A stretch of 64,000 nucleotides of DNA from Candidatus Spongiisociaceae bacterium (GCA_965262915.1 OZ253564.1:288001-352000); one strand, 5' to 3'. Numbered from the stretch's first letter, positions 40,969-52,058 are shown. Numbers and translations are program-made. Notes: a model not told the origin generated them from the letters alone.

Positions 40969-41108
40969 GTACCGGGGTATCGGTGGTTGTGGATAAGTGG
41001 GGGTACTTGGGTATCTCTGGGGTTGGGTGCGGGGAGGGTGTTTCGGGGCCGTTTATGCGAGGCACGTTTGCATTAGCAAATGCGGCCCCCAAGATACCGC
41101 AGTACCCC
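40969..41108. repeat. GTAC-N4-GTATC iteron-like cluster with a DnaA box
   Basis: Three motif copies; perfect TTATCCACA on the minus strand at 40988-40996. Confidence 0.6.
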
Positions 41109-41121
41109 GTTTCGGAAGTAT

Positions 41122-44100
41122 TCATCGGTCCCATAGCCAGTCGAGGTCTGAGAAGGCGAGCGCGTGGCCGAAGCCTTCGATGTTGTCCCGGACGTTGAGG
41201 ATGAGGCATCGCTCGTCGCCTCCGTTCTTTGGGCCTCGGAGGCCTCGTCCGATCATCTGGAAGTAGAGGTTCGGGCTGTTCACAGGGCGGGCGACGATGA
41301 TGGCGCGTGTTTTGGGCGCGTCGAATCCTTCCGCAAAGACGCCGTAGTTAACGAGGGCTTTGATCGCGCCGTCGCGGAATGCTTCGATCACGCGGCGGCG
41401 TGTCGCTGGTTCGGTTGTCCCGCTCACAGCTCGCGCAGTGATTCCCTGACGATTGAGGAGTGCCGCCAGGGTCTTGGCGTGTTCCACGGAGGTGGCGAAG
41501 ATCAGCGTTGGCCAGTCCGGCTCGATGTGGTCCTTGTACGCGTCGAGGATGCGGCGGGTGCGCTCAGCGTTGTTTGCGATCCGGTCCGCCACAGTCTGAG
41601 GCAGCCAGCCCAAGAGCAGTCTCTGTCTCCGCGGACCTGGCACGAATCGCAAAACATACTCCCACTCTTCGGGTCTCACTCGAAAGCTTCCACCTTCGAT
41701 GACCTTTTGGTCTGCTTGGGCTAGCACTCGATTGACCTGCAGCTGCTGGATGACCTTCTGCGGATCGTCGTCTGCGAACGCGCCGCTGTCGAGCCGCGTG
41801 GTGCCGTAGCGCCGGACAAGCCTCGCGGTCTCGTCCTCATCGTCCCTGCGGTAGGGCGTCGCCGTTAGGCCAATGAGGAGAGGTTCATCCTTTTCTCGAC
41901 GGTAGGTCAAACCGATCTCACTCATGACCGTTGTGAACGTGGGTGCGATCGACCGGTGTGCTTCGTCGAAGACCACGAGTTTGAAGTCTTTCAAGAAGTC
42001 GTATTGCGTCGGCCGGCGCGAAAGCCGCGAGTTGAGTGTCTGAATCGTGGCAACGACGACGTGGTCTTCTGTTGTCGGCAACGGCTGGGGCTGTCCGCTC
42101 CACATCCTGGATATTCGGAGTGGTCCAGCTTCTATCCCCTCGCTCCTCCATACTTGCGCCCATGCTACGACTGCCTGCTCGCAAAGCTCGCCGCGATCGG
42201 CGACCCAGAGCACCCCACCGCGGAACCTGTCGTCCCGCATGGCTTCGACGATCGCCTGCACCGCAACCCTTGTCTTCCCCGATCCGGTTGGCAGGCTGAT
42301 CATTCCGCGTCGTTCAACACCTCCGGCACCGTTCGCGCGCAGCACCTCACGCACGTTGTCTGCGACTGTCCGCTGGTAGTCGTGCAACTTAGGAAGCGAC
42401 TGAGGACCTTCGATCTCCATGAACGCCGGGCGTCGCCTCCTACGCTCCCCCGCCCATTCGTCGGAAAACCCGAGTGACCGGACGAATGCCACAGCGCGAC
42501 GAGATCCGGCCCATTTCGTCGGTGGTCCTAGGTGTTCCAGGACCGACTTGAATTGTTTGAGAGCGTTGGTGTGGTAGGTCGCGATGGCGGCTTCCGCTAT
42601 CTCCGTTGTGGTCAATGGCTCATGGTCTTGCTCCAGCACGTTCAACAGCGATGGGGGAAGACCCTTGCGCAGCGTGTCTTCACCCACCGCCTGGAGGAGG
42701 CGTTCAGCGTCGGTGGCACATTGCCTTACCGCAGCGCGCCTCTTCTCGATTTCTGCCGATGTTCGGCGCTTCAGGATCGCCTCGACGTGATGATGTCGGA
42801 GTCCGAGATGTAGCTCTTCTGCAACGTGTTCGAGAGCGTTGCGTTCGTCGTCTTCAACACTTCCGGCGAGATAAACGTCGGGAGCGTGGAATACACAGGT
42901 GCGTTCCGCGCCAGCAACGCGGATTCGCTCGCACGCGACGAGGCGAGTGTTCGTCCGGTGTGCAGGCAGGTGCTCTCGCAGCCCAGGCCAGATGTCGGTC
43001 AGCGGAGTCGGGTCTCCTTCGCCGAAGAATTCCGGTGCCGGATCGGATAGATCGAAGGCGGCCTTGATCTTGTCGGCGTTCTGATGTTGTAGCAGCGTGT
43101 GCAGGGCCGCCGGGTTTGCTGGGTGCGGCCCGAGAGCGTCGGCTAGCGGCACGACCCCGGCGGGAGTCTGGACCCGTCCGGCGCTTCTGAGAAACCAGAT
43201 CGGGAGTGACTCGCAGCACATCTTTGGGTATGTCTCGCGGTTGCTGCCTTTGTGCCACATCACCCACCGCCGGTAACAGGCGTCCAAACTCAGCAAAGCG
43301 TCGGTATAGGCGGCAGCTGCCTCCTCGGATAGGTCGCGAATCACGCTGAGCGGTCCGATCTTGTCATAGTGGGTGAAGCCCACATAGCCAGCCTGGGGGC
43401 TGGCTGGCAAGTCCTGGCTCCGGTAACGCTTTTCCTGTTCCCCTTGGTATTTGCGGAACAAAGGTCGCCAGCCGAGCTCGGATCCCACGAACGGGCCGTC
43501 CGCGATACCCAGGTCATCGAGCAGATCGCGATCAAGGTCATGGAAGTCGCAGTCAACAGCCACGCCGTCATCGCGGCTTCCGTCGCCAGGAATGATGGCT
43601 CCGGGCATCAGGACACGGCCAAGCGGCTGCCACAGACCGGCACGTGTTCGGACCCGCAAGCCAACCCGCCAGTTGTGATGCTCCTGGATGATCGGTAGCG
43701 CAACGCCCGGATTGAGCCCACGCGACGCCTTCCACAACTGTTTATGGAGGTACGCGCCAGAGCCCTTCAGTCGTGTGCCGCTCAGCACGCGATGCGCGAT
43801 GGCCCTGAAGCGTCCTTCGGGGGAGGGAGGTTTGAGTCCGAGTCGTCGTAACGCGGATAGGGTCTCCTTATCCGTGGCCAACTCCGGGTGGACGCTTGAG
43901 CCCGGGTCAGCCGAGCCATCGGTAGCGGGCGATTCGAACGGAAGGAAGAGAGCTTGGGGATCAGGTTTGCGCCAACCTCCGGACTTCGTCAACACGATCC
44001 TGCCAAGGTCGGTACGTATTCGTATGTTGCGCGGAATCCGAGCGGCGGTCTGGATCGCCGCCATCGATGCCGCGACTGCGTCGGTCGGCCCGGCGCGCTT

Positions 44101-45597
44101 TACGAGGGCTTCGAGCCATTCCGCGACCGAGACCCGTGGCACTCGCGAGGTCCTCCAGGCCCAAGCCGGTTGCCTGGGATCTTGGGATAGGCGGTCCACG
44201 GTCGCTCGTCTGGTCCGGGTGAGTGCCTTGTGATGCAGCCAGTCATCCGGCCGGCCCGGGTAGGCCGCCCATCGCTCGAACGGCGCCACGACCATTTCAC
44301 GATCCGGAGTCAGCTGCTTCGGCGGGTACGAAATGTCCCTAACTCGGCAGAGTTGCCCACTCTGATCGGGAACGATTGCCCGCCCGTGCAGAGCTGTGTA
44401 CAGACGCTTTCGAAGCAGTTTTGCCTGATGGGAATCGCCCGCCTGGTGCCCACGCGGCAGTACGTCCAAGTGGCGGGCGGGATCCTCCGTGGTTGGTAAT
44501 TTGGGCAGCGCGTCGGCGATCAGCGCTGCGGAGGCGCCGATTAACTCGTCGTTGTACCAGCCGCTCAGCAGATTCTGACGATCCTCGTTCGTCTTCCAAG
44601 GCGCGTTGAGGATGCCAGGAACAAGGCTCTCGGTGTTCGTCGGGAAGAACGCCCAGAACTTCCCGGACCGGTTGAGCCGGTCGACGGGTGCTGCCCACCA
44701 GACGGGAACCTCATCGCGGTCGTCGCCTGGACGCCGATCGGCACGCGCCTCGTCCGATAGCCGGTGGGTACCCTGGAACAGTCTCCACTCGTTGGTCGTG
44801 TCACCTTCGGCCAACAGATAGCAATCGTCAACTCGCTCCAACTCCAGCACGCGATTGACCGCACCGGAATCGTCGATCAGTGTGAGCGATCCGACATGCG
44901 CCACGAACAGAAGGAACTCCGCGGGGAACCCCCCCATCTGCCGACGGAGATCGTCTCGGGCTCCACGCCTTAGCGGCAACCGCACAATGTTCACCGCCCA
45001 CGCCATCAGATCGCGCAGCACTACGTCTTGGCCCCAACAATCGGCAGGGTCGATCGGTTCCGGCAGCCGCAACACGGGACAAACCTCTGCACTGCTCACA
45101 ACGGTCCTCACCCGCTCCAGCGAACGCGCACGATCGAATCGGAACGAGCCGGATCGGCTGAAGAACTCGGGCGCGTCACTCACGCCGAGAACGGCCTTGA
45201 ACCCCAGGCCGAATGTGCCTATCTGGCCTGTGCCCCTCTTGGGCGACAGACGCGAGAACATGAGCGCCTTCACACCGTGGGCGGCGATCGGGTCACCGTT
45301 GTCTGCGCAGTACAGATACTCGGACGTCAGCCGCACGTCGACGCGGCCACGAACCACCCTCGACGCATGGTCGCCGTCCTCTGCCCCGGCGTCGATCCAC
45401 AGCGCATCTGCGCTGTTCTGGACCAGTTCGAAGAGTTGCCGGTGCTGGTAACCGCCGAGCGCCGTATCCTGCTCCTCGTTAGCGTGCTCCTCGAGCAGGT
45501 TCGGCTGGGCGCGATACGCATCAAGCGACCGCCCCGACTCCTCCAAAATGTACTGACCCAGATGTCCATTCGGACCGGCCCACCCCTCCAGCAACAC
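41122..45597 (-). CDS. Sacsin-like GHKL ATPase fused to an SF2 (ResIII/DEAH) helicase
   Basis: ELVQNSADA, DNG, GTFGLGFKAV; PTGSGKT, DEAH, LTATP, QMIGRGLR. Confidence 0.9.
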   Translation of the reverse strand: MLLEGWAGPNGHLGQYILEESGRSLDAYRAQPNLLEEHANEEQDTALGGYQHRQLFELVQNSADALWIDAGAEDGDHASRVVRGRVDVRLTSEYLYCADNGDPIAAHGVKALMFSRLSPKRGTGQIGTFGLGFKAVLGVSDAPEFFSRSGSFRFDRARSLERVRTVVSSAEVCPVLRLPEPIDPADCWGQDVVLRDLMAWAVNIVRLPLRRGARDDLRRQMGGFPAEFLLFVAHVGSLTLIDDSGAVNRVLELERVDDCYLLAEGDTTNEWRLFQGTHRLSDEARADRRPGDDRDEVPVWWAAPVDRLNRSGKFWAFFPTNTESLVPGILNAPWKTNEDRQNLLSGWYNDELIGASAALIADALPKLPTTEDPARHLDVLPRGHQAGDSHQAKLLRKRLYTALHGRAIVPDQSGQLCRVRDISYPPKQLTPDREMVVAPFERWAAYPGRPDDWLHHKALTRTRRATVDRLSQDPRQPAWAWRTSRVPRVSVAEWLEALVKRAGPTDAVAASMAAIQTAARIPRNIRIRTDLGRIVLTKSGGWRKPDPQALFLPFESPATDGSADPGSSVHPELATDKETLSALRRLGLKPPSPEGRFRAIAHRVLSGTRLKGSGAYLHKQLWKASRGLNPGVALPIIQEHHNWRVGLRVRTRAGLWQPLGRVLMPGAIIPGDGSRDDGVAVDCDFHDLDRDLLDDLGIADGPFVGSELGWRPLFRKYQGEQEKRYRSQDLPASPQAGYVGFTHYDKIGPLSVIRDLSEEAAAAYTDALLSLDACYRRWVMWHKGSNRETYPKMCCESLPIWFLRSAGRVQTPAGVVPLADALGPHPANPAALHTLLQHQNADKIKAAFDLSDPAPEFFGEGDPTPLTDIWPGLREHLPAHRTNTRLVACERIRVAGAERTCVFHAPDVYLAGSVEDDERNALEHVAEELHLGLRHHHVEAILKRRTSAEIEKRRAAVRQCATDAERLLQAVGEDTLRKGLPPSLLNVLEQDHEPLTTTEIAEAAIATYHTNALKQFKSVLEHLGPPTKWAGSRRAVAFVRSLGFSDEWAGERRRRRPAFMEIEGPQSLPKLHDYQRTVADNVREVLRANGAGGVERRGMISLPTGSGKTRVAVQAIVEAMRDDRFRGGVLWVADRGELCEQAVVAWAQVWRSEGIEAGPLRISRMWSGQPQPLPTTEDHVVVATIQTLNSRLSRRPTQYDFLKDFKLVVFDEAHRSIAPTFTTVMSEIGLTYRREKDEPLLIGLTATPYRRDDEDETARLVRRYGTTRLDSGAFADDDPQKVIQQLQVNRVLAQADQKVIEGGSFRVRPEEWEYVLRFVPGPRRQRLLLGWLPQTVADRIANNAERTRRILDAYKDHIEPDWPTLIFATSVEHAKTLAALLNRQGITARAVSGTTEPATRRRVIEAFRDGAIKALVNYGVFAEGFDAPKTRAIIVARPVNSPNLYFQMIGRGLRGPKNGGDERCLILNVRDNIEGFGHALAFSDLDWLWDR

Positions 45598-46335
45598 CTT
45601 CCTCCCTTACCTTGGCTTCACCTACCAGGTCACGTCCACGGATCGCTACCGACTGAACAGATCCCCGGGTTCGGCTATTCGCGCGTTCGGTGTTTCTACC
45701 CGGAACCTCCCCGCCTGTCAACGTCGGGTGAATGCTGATAGTGGGGTTGACCCCGAAGTGCGTCTCCCACGTCCGGGAGTCCGAACGAGTGGCGAACGTC
45801 CGGCCGCTTGTGCACGCGCCAGCAGCCAGCAGAACCAAGACTCAAGTTGAACATCCTCTGGTTGCTCGTGGCAGTAGTTGTCCTTGTCGCGTTCTTGGTG
45901 TGGCTGCTTGAGAGTCAGATCTGCCCGCAGGAGGGGTGGCGGGGTTGTGCGACGCACTCCGACAAGCGTTCCGGAAAGCACTCTCTGGACGCTGAACCCG
46001 GCACCCCACCGGGAGCAACGATCCAGAGCGTGGGACTGAGTGTGGGAGCAGGCACCGGAATCAGGCGGCTGCCGGTGTGCTCGACCTGGCTATTCGGTGT
46101 CCACTGGCAACGGCGGACTGGCTTCCGCTAGGGATTAAGGCTCCGATGCGTGCCTGGTGAGAGTGCCTCTGGTCTTTGACGCTCACGACGTGGCCAAACA
46201 ACAGCGATGATCGAATGTTACGGATGGGCCGCGTGTCTCAAGGTAACCAGCAGCATAGCGATTTCGCTATGCTGCTCTTGGTAGTGTCCCCGCTGGGGTG
46301 TGGTATACTACCTTGACGCTAAGAGACGGAACGGG

Positions 46336-47157
46336 ATGGGAACACTACGCCGACCTCTCATTGCGGTACTGGCGGTGTGTGTTTCGTTGATAGGCGGCGG
46401 TGTCGTCGGTTATGCGGCCACCGGTGGGTTCTCCGATGTGCCTGATGACCATTTACAGGCTGCCGATATAGCTCGCGCTGTTGAGTTAGGCTGGTACGCT
46501 GGGTATCCCGACGGTACGTTCAAGCCGGATAGGTTGCTTTCTACTGATCAAGCTGTGACTGTGTTCGGCCGTGCCTTTCCTGATGGTGTGTCACGTGCGG
46601 ACTTAGCTACGATCCTCGTTGGTGGTACTTTTAGGCTAAATAATCTGAGAACTTCATCAACAACGACGCCAGCTGGCCAGTCATCTTCTAACGCGCCTCA
46701 GGAAGTAGGTACATGGACGGGATTTGAAGGTGAGGGCGTTGATGGGGCGTTTTACGGCTATTGGGTAGATGCAATAAGCTATACCGACTCCCACCTAGTC
46801 TCTGTACCATCACTCTATTTGCGCTGTGGAAGGGGCAACACTGCCTATGATGATATCTTCATCATTACACCGTGGTATCTCCCAGCCAACGAGGATAAGA
46901 ACGTATTAGTACGAGCACGGTTCAGCCATCAGGATGAACCGATCATCGGGTATATATGGAGCAGTGAAGAATCTGACGGGTCCGCGCTGGTCGCAGACTT
47001 CGACTCGGGAGCCATTAAGATGGAACTTACGGATCTCGATGATGATCCTACGAGTTGGTTCATTGAGATTATTGACAACGTGGACAACCGAGAACGGGCT
47101 ACCTTTGAACTGTCGTACACTGCTACTGCCATAAGCAATCTAGCCTGCTTTAGCTAA
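46336..47157 (+). CDS. Secreted SLH-domain protein
   Basis: Signal peptide; FSDVP...GYPDGTFKPD...SRADLA; SLH region similar to that of 28759-29442. Confidence 0.82.
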   Translation: MGTLRRPLIAVLAVCVSLIGGGVVGYAATGGFSDVPDDHLQAADIARAVELGWYAGYPDGTFKPDRLLSTDQAVTVFGRAFPDGVSRADLATILVGGTFRLNNLRTSSTTTPAGQSSSNAPQEVGTWTGFEGEGVDGAFYGYWVDAISYTDSHLVSVPSLYLRCGRGNTAYDDIFIITPWYLPANEDKNVLVRARFSHQDEPIIGYIWSSEESDGSALVADFDSGAIKMELTDLDDDPTSWFIEIIDNVDNRERATFELSYTATAISNLACFS

Positions 47158-47627
47158 GACGAGGTCAGGTGATACCCGAGTGTCCCGCATCGCACCGGTC
47201 AAGGTTTTGCAGATGGAACTCGACAGGCGTGACCCTCCTCAGTCCTTCCAACGGAAGGGCTATCCGTTGCTCGGTAGAGGTTGATCTGGCTAGATGTCGA
47301 GGATTGCCGAATCTATCCCACGATTGGTACGACCGACCATTGTGAGTACGTGGTAGCACTTGGGCTGGGACACGCTCGCTGTGGGCGGCCGATGCCCGCT
47401 CTAGGACCATCACCTTGGGCAAGGGACCGAGAGCAGGATCGGGGTGAATCGACCGGTCTCAGCTTGTAGACGTAAGAGGGTGATGACTGCCAGTTCAGAT
47501 CCGAGCTCGTTCGGAGACTTGGTTACTCAGGGACCGTCTTCAGCTTTTCGTTAGATGGGTGGTTGAGCGTGGACCCCCTAGGGCCCTTCCCGGGGATACA
47601 AGACCGATACCCGCACCTCCACCTGGC

Positions 47628-47819
47628 TTACGCTGCGGGTTTGAGACCGTCGCTCCAGTGTTGGATGTCGCCTCAGCGCCAGCCCACCGCCCGGGTGCCT
47701 TTGGGTCCGAGTCGGATAGGTGGAGGGAACGACCCGTCCCGGACCCGCCGCTAGATCGTGGTTCTGCTCAGGCCGGTGAGTTGCATCACGTCGTTCTGTC
47801 GCAGGATTCGGTTGTTCAT
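47628..47819 (-). pseudogene. alpA: AlpA family regulator/excisionase with two in-frame stops
   Basis: MNNRILRQNDVMQLTGLSRTTI*RRVRDGSFPPPIRLG...VGWR*. Confidence 0.85.
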
Positions 47820-48309
47820 GCTCCTCCAGAGTTCGCAAGAGGGGGTGTGCGGTTGGGTTTCGATCTGGTCTCTTGCTGTTGTTGGGTTCGAACGGTCGGA
47901 GGGTGGCGCTACTGGGTGCGAACATAGCTTGGGGCTGCGCACGCACGCGCACGATTTCCGCGCACGCTTCGCTCTGACCTGGCCTCTTACACCCATGTCT
48001 CCAAGCTTATGTTGTCGCGCCAGTCGCTAATGAAGGTCGCGAGGGCACGCTTCGGCCTGGATTCGGATACCGGGTGACCTCTTTGAGGAACGTCTGGTGC
48101 GGGTCGTCGTAGTTGCCAATCCCACCGGATCGGGCCATGTGGGCTGATCCCGAGCAGCCCATCAACGATCCGGTACCCGAGGTTGGTGGCTCAGTGGCCG
48201 GCACCCGGGCCCCTGGGAGCGATCGGAACAGAAGACCCCAAAGCCGTCGCGGGGTGATCACCCGCCAGCTTCTCTGAGCCTCATGGGAAGTGGGGTGACA
48301 AGATGGCGG

Positions 48310-48482
48310 GTACCGCGGTATCTCAGGTGGGGTACTGCGGTATCCCCTGGAGGGGGGTACCGGGGTACCGCATTTCAATGCAAACGTGCCTCTGTTTTAA
48401 CCCGGGTTGACACGCCCTCTCACCCCGGTCACGACCCACCTCCCCGATACCCACGTACCCCCCCGATCGGATACTCCGGTAC
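48310..48482. repeat. GTAC-N4-GTATC cluster (four copies, two per orientation)
   Basis: Copies at 48310, 48332, 48446 and 48470; shares an inverted GAGGCACGTTTGCATT block with ~41059. Confidence 0.7.
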
Positions 48483-48894
48483 CACCCCCGGGTACTCCAC
48501 TACCCCCGTACATCGGCCATGATCACTACCTCCGGCTCGAACAGGCCCATAAGACCTCCTCCCAGTCCCACACCCGCACCGTCCCGAGACCATCCGACAA
48601 AGACCCGTCCAGCAGTTCCACCTACGCGGCTCTCTCCCGGCATCACAGAACCTGGCATTCGTCCGGCGGGCAACGGGGTTGGGCACCGGGTTTGCGGGGC
48701 AGCAGGCGGGAGGTGACAGCGATCCCCTCCGGACATTGAGGGCTCCCACCTTTCCGAGGCCCGCAACACCCCATCGGATGCTGGGTGTACAGCGGTACCC
48801 GGGCCGTGTTCGTAGCCGCTCCGGGACCGTTTCTCGGGGGGCACGGACCGGGGGTACAGGGATACCAGGTGGGGCGATCTCATGTTGCGGGTCG

Positions 48895-49412
48895 GGTGCT
48901 GAGGGGGTAGGGCGGTATCTGTGGTGCCGCGAAACCCCAGGTCAGAGACGAGCGCGCTCGCGAGCGCGCCTTTGAGCGAGCGGTCGCGCGCTGTTGGTGC
49001 CGCTACGGTCGCCGACCAAACAGCCCGGATCTTCCCACCGGCAGGACGTGCAGCAGCCAAGAACAAGGAATTCGATCGGAAAGGAAACCCCGAGATGAGA
49101 AACCAACAACACGACCCTTCTTTGTCCCACGACGCGGGCACGGACCTTGCGGGTACTGCAGTATCCGGAGGGGAAATGGGTGCTGCGGGGCGGGGTGTTG
49201 AGGGGGGTAGGGCGGTATCTGTGGTGTCGCGAAACCCCAGGTCAGAGACAGACGCACGGTTAGTCGCACGGTTTGGGGCTAAACGCACGGTTAGTCGCAC
49301 GGTCGCGCACGGTCCGGGCCGCTACGGTCGCCGACCAAATAGCGGGGCTCTCCCATCGGAGGGCCGCAGCAACCAAGTACAGGAATTCGATCGGAAAGGA
49401 AACCTCGAGATG
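48895..49412 (+). repeat. Imperfect ~200-bp direct duplication of the alpA upstream region
   Basis: 48895-49100 and 49193-49412 share GGGGTAGGGCGGTATCTGTGGTG, CGCTACGGTCGCCGACCAAA and GGAATTCGATCGGAAAGGAAAC. Confidence 0.85.
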
Positions 49413-49622
49413 AGTAAGCGAACACCCCGCCGCAATATCCGAATCCTGAGACAGCCCGAAGTGACCGAGATGACCGGTTTGAGCAGAACCACGATCTGGC
49501 GTCGGGTCCAAGACGGGTCGTTCCCCCAGCCTGTGCGGCTGGGACCTGAGGGCAGCCGGGCTGTGGGCTGGTTACACCACGAAGTGCAAGACTGGCTCAA
49601 CGGTCTCCGACCTGCAGCATGA
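49410..49622 (+). CDS. alpA: AlpA family regulator/excisionase
   Basis: ILRQPEVTEMTGLSRTTIWRRVQDGSFPQPVRLG...AVGW; AAAGGA RBS. Confidence 0.92.
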   Translation: MSKRTPRRNIRILRQPEVTEMTGLSRTTIWRRVQDGSFPQPVRLGPEGSRAVGWLHHEVQDWLNGLRPAA

Positions 49623-49974
49623 CACCAACCCCCAAAACAAGCCCGAACGCTACGGCCCCGCAAAGGGCCCACCCAGTTCCCTGCGGGTCTCCCGCCGGGG
49701 CCTTGGCGTCCCCGCCTTCAGAAGGCGCTGTGCGGGGAGCTGGCGGCGGTCGGGTTGCACAACCGGGCCGGCCGGTTCATCGGATCCCGACAGCATCCAG
49801 AGCTGTGGCCGGTCCTGGCCGGTCGTCTCCCACCTGTCACGGCCAGGCCTGATCAGCTCGGCTGCCCACCAGAACCGGTCGATACGCCGTCGCAGGACCC
49901 CGGCGGGCGGACCAACCCAGCGGGCAACAGATGTCAGTCACCTAAATGGGGCCTGAGGAAAAGGAAGCGAGACG

Positions 49975-52058
49975 ATGGCTAGGAGACTGCTGATTAATCG
50001 GTCCTGTTGGGTGTTGGTGGGTTCGCGTTTTAGGTGTTGTGGGATTATTGTAGTGGTATGCAGGGTAGTGAACGTTTTGATCGTGAGTTTCTGGACACAA
50101 CGGATCTGTGGCATCTGGTTCCGGAAGGGTCTGTGTACGGGTTCTTGGCTGAGAACCGGCGCCGTTTGTTTCCCGATGAGATGTTCGCCGATTTGTTCGG
50201 TAGTGGTCGGGGTCGCCCGTCGATACCGGGTCCGGTGATCGCTGCGGTGATGGTTCTCTAGGCGTTGGAGTGCGTCTCTGACCGGGAAGCGATACAGCGG
50301 CTCCGCCGTGATATAGCTTGGAAAGCCGCGACTGGTCTGTCGTTGACACATGGGGGGTTCCACCCGACGGTGCTGACGTTGTGGCGTGCCCGGTTGCGTG
50401 CCAGCGAAAAGCCGGAGCGTATCTTCGACGCGGTGCGCCGAGTTATGGATAGTTGCGGGGTGTTGGCGACCAGGGACCGTCGGGCGCTGGACTCGACCAT
50501 TTTGCACGACGCGGTTGCTACCGGGGACACGGTGGATGATGATCTCATCGCAGATAAGGCGTTGCCGCCGTCTGATCCCCGCAGGCGGCCGACCTGGTGT
50601 TGGTAGCACATGACTTGCGAATCGGTGACGAAACCGTCCTGCGACTGGTCTGATCCCGATGCCCGCTCGGAACTAATCAACGGTTTGGTCACCGACGGGC
50701 TGGCGCTGATCGAAGCGGTCGAGGGTGTGAAGTTGGATCCCGATCAGGCCGACGCGGTAGGTTTGTTGGGAGTGGTGACGGGCCAGGATGTGGAACCGGA
50801 CCCCCACCGGGTGGGCCGATGGCGGATAGCGCGGCGTGTGGCCCGAGATCGGACCATATCGACAGTGGACCCCGAAGCGCGGCACGGTCACAAGACCCGG
50901 ACCCACAAACGGGACGGGTACAAGGCCCATGTCGCTGCCGAACCCGTAACCGGACTGGTCACCGCCGCGGTCCTAACAGCTGCCAACACCCCAGACGCCG
51001 ACAGCATCGCGGATCTCGTTGCCGACCAACCCCCGGGTGCCGAAATCGTCGCGGATTCGGCGTACGCGTCCGGTGCGGCTCTCGAAACGTTCGACGATCT
51101 TGGTCACACCCCGGTGGTGAAACCAATCGTAGGCAAACCCCACATCGAAGACGGGTTCCACCGCGACGACTTCGGGATCGACACCGGAGCCCGCACGGTG
51201 ACGTGTCCCGCCAACCACACCACCCGTATACGTCCCGGAGGTACCGCCCCCTTCGCGAAGCGGTGCAACGGCTGCCCCCTGCGGGCACGATGCACCACCT
51301 CGCAGAAGGGACGGACCATCACAGTCGACAAACACCACGACCGTCGAGCGGCGAACAAACCACGATGGGCCAAAGAAGAAACGCAGGACACCTACCGCAA
51401 CTTGCGGCCGTCCGCAGAACGGACCATCGCCTGGCTCACCCGCCACAACCCCAGACGCGTCCCCTACCGAGGAATCATCCCCAACCAGCAATGGCCCACC
51501 ACCCCAACAGCAGCCATCAACCTACGACGCCTCATCAACCTCGGACTCACCCACACCACCACCGGCTGGGCCACCAACCCCGCCTAGAACCCCCAAAAAC
51601 CGGGACACCGCCCCCAACCAACCCCGCCACCGCCACCAACCAACCCAAAACACCCACCCCACAAGCCCCAACCAGCCCCACCACACCAACACAGCCAACT
51701 CGCCGAACCCCATAATCAGCAGGCTCCTAGACGACGCAGAAAGAGGCCACCACCCCGACGCCGCGCCGCCAGTACCCACAACGCCAAACCGGCGAAGTCG
51801 CCGGAGCTGTCGGCTCCTTACCATTCCCCGTGGGTACGCGCCCCCCAGATCGCCGAGCGGCGCCGCCAACAGCAGGCAGCCCTCGGGGACACAAACCGTG
51901 AACTACGAGCCGTCTGCACCGAACTCCACAACACAGGCGCCACACTGAGACAGATCGGGAACCTCATAGGGGTATCAGCCCAAGCCGTCCACTCCTACTG
52001 GCTAACCCCCACACCCACCGAACCCCACCAAACCCCGACGATCGACATCTGCTCATAG
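49975..52058 (+). pseudogene. HTH protein gene split at codon 3 by IS1182
   Basis: Joining at CTAG restores MARRRRKRPP...GATLRQIGNLIGVSAQAVHSYW...*. Confidence 0.65.
49983..51726 (+). mobile_element. IS1182 family IS, transposase with a stop codon and frameshifts (50057-51587)
   Basis: IRs GAGACTGCTGATTA / TAATCAGCAGGCTC, CTAG target duplication; GRPS, DST, DGYKAH, ADSAY motifs. Confidence 0.9.

Noticed and set aside
40631-41209. Pro/Thr-rich 192-aa ORF
   Set aside because: Low-complexity product of G/T strand skew in a repeat-rich non-coding block
48500-49409. Long ORFs and an N-terminal extension of AlpA
   Set aside because: These are translations of the duplicated repeat module; the RBS and family length place the alpA start at 49410
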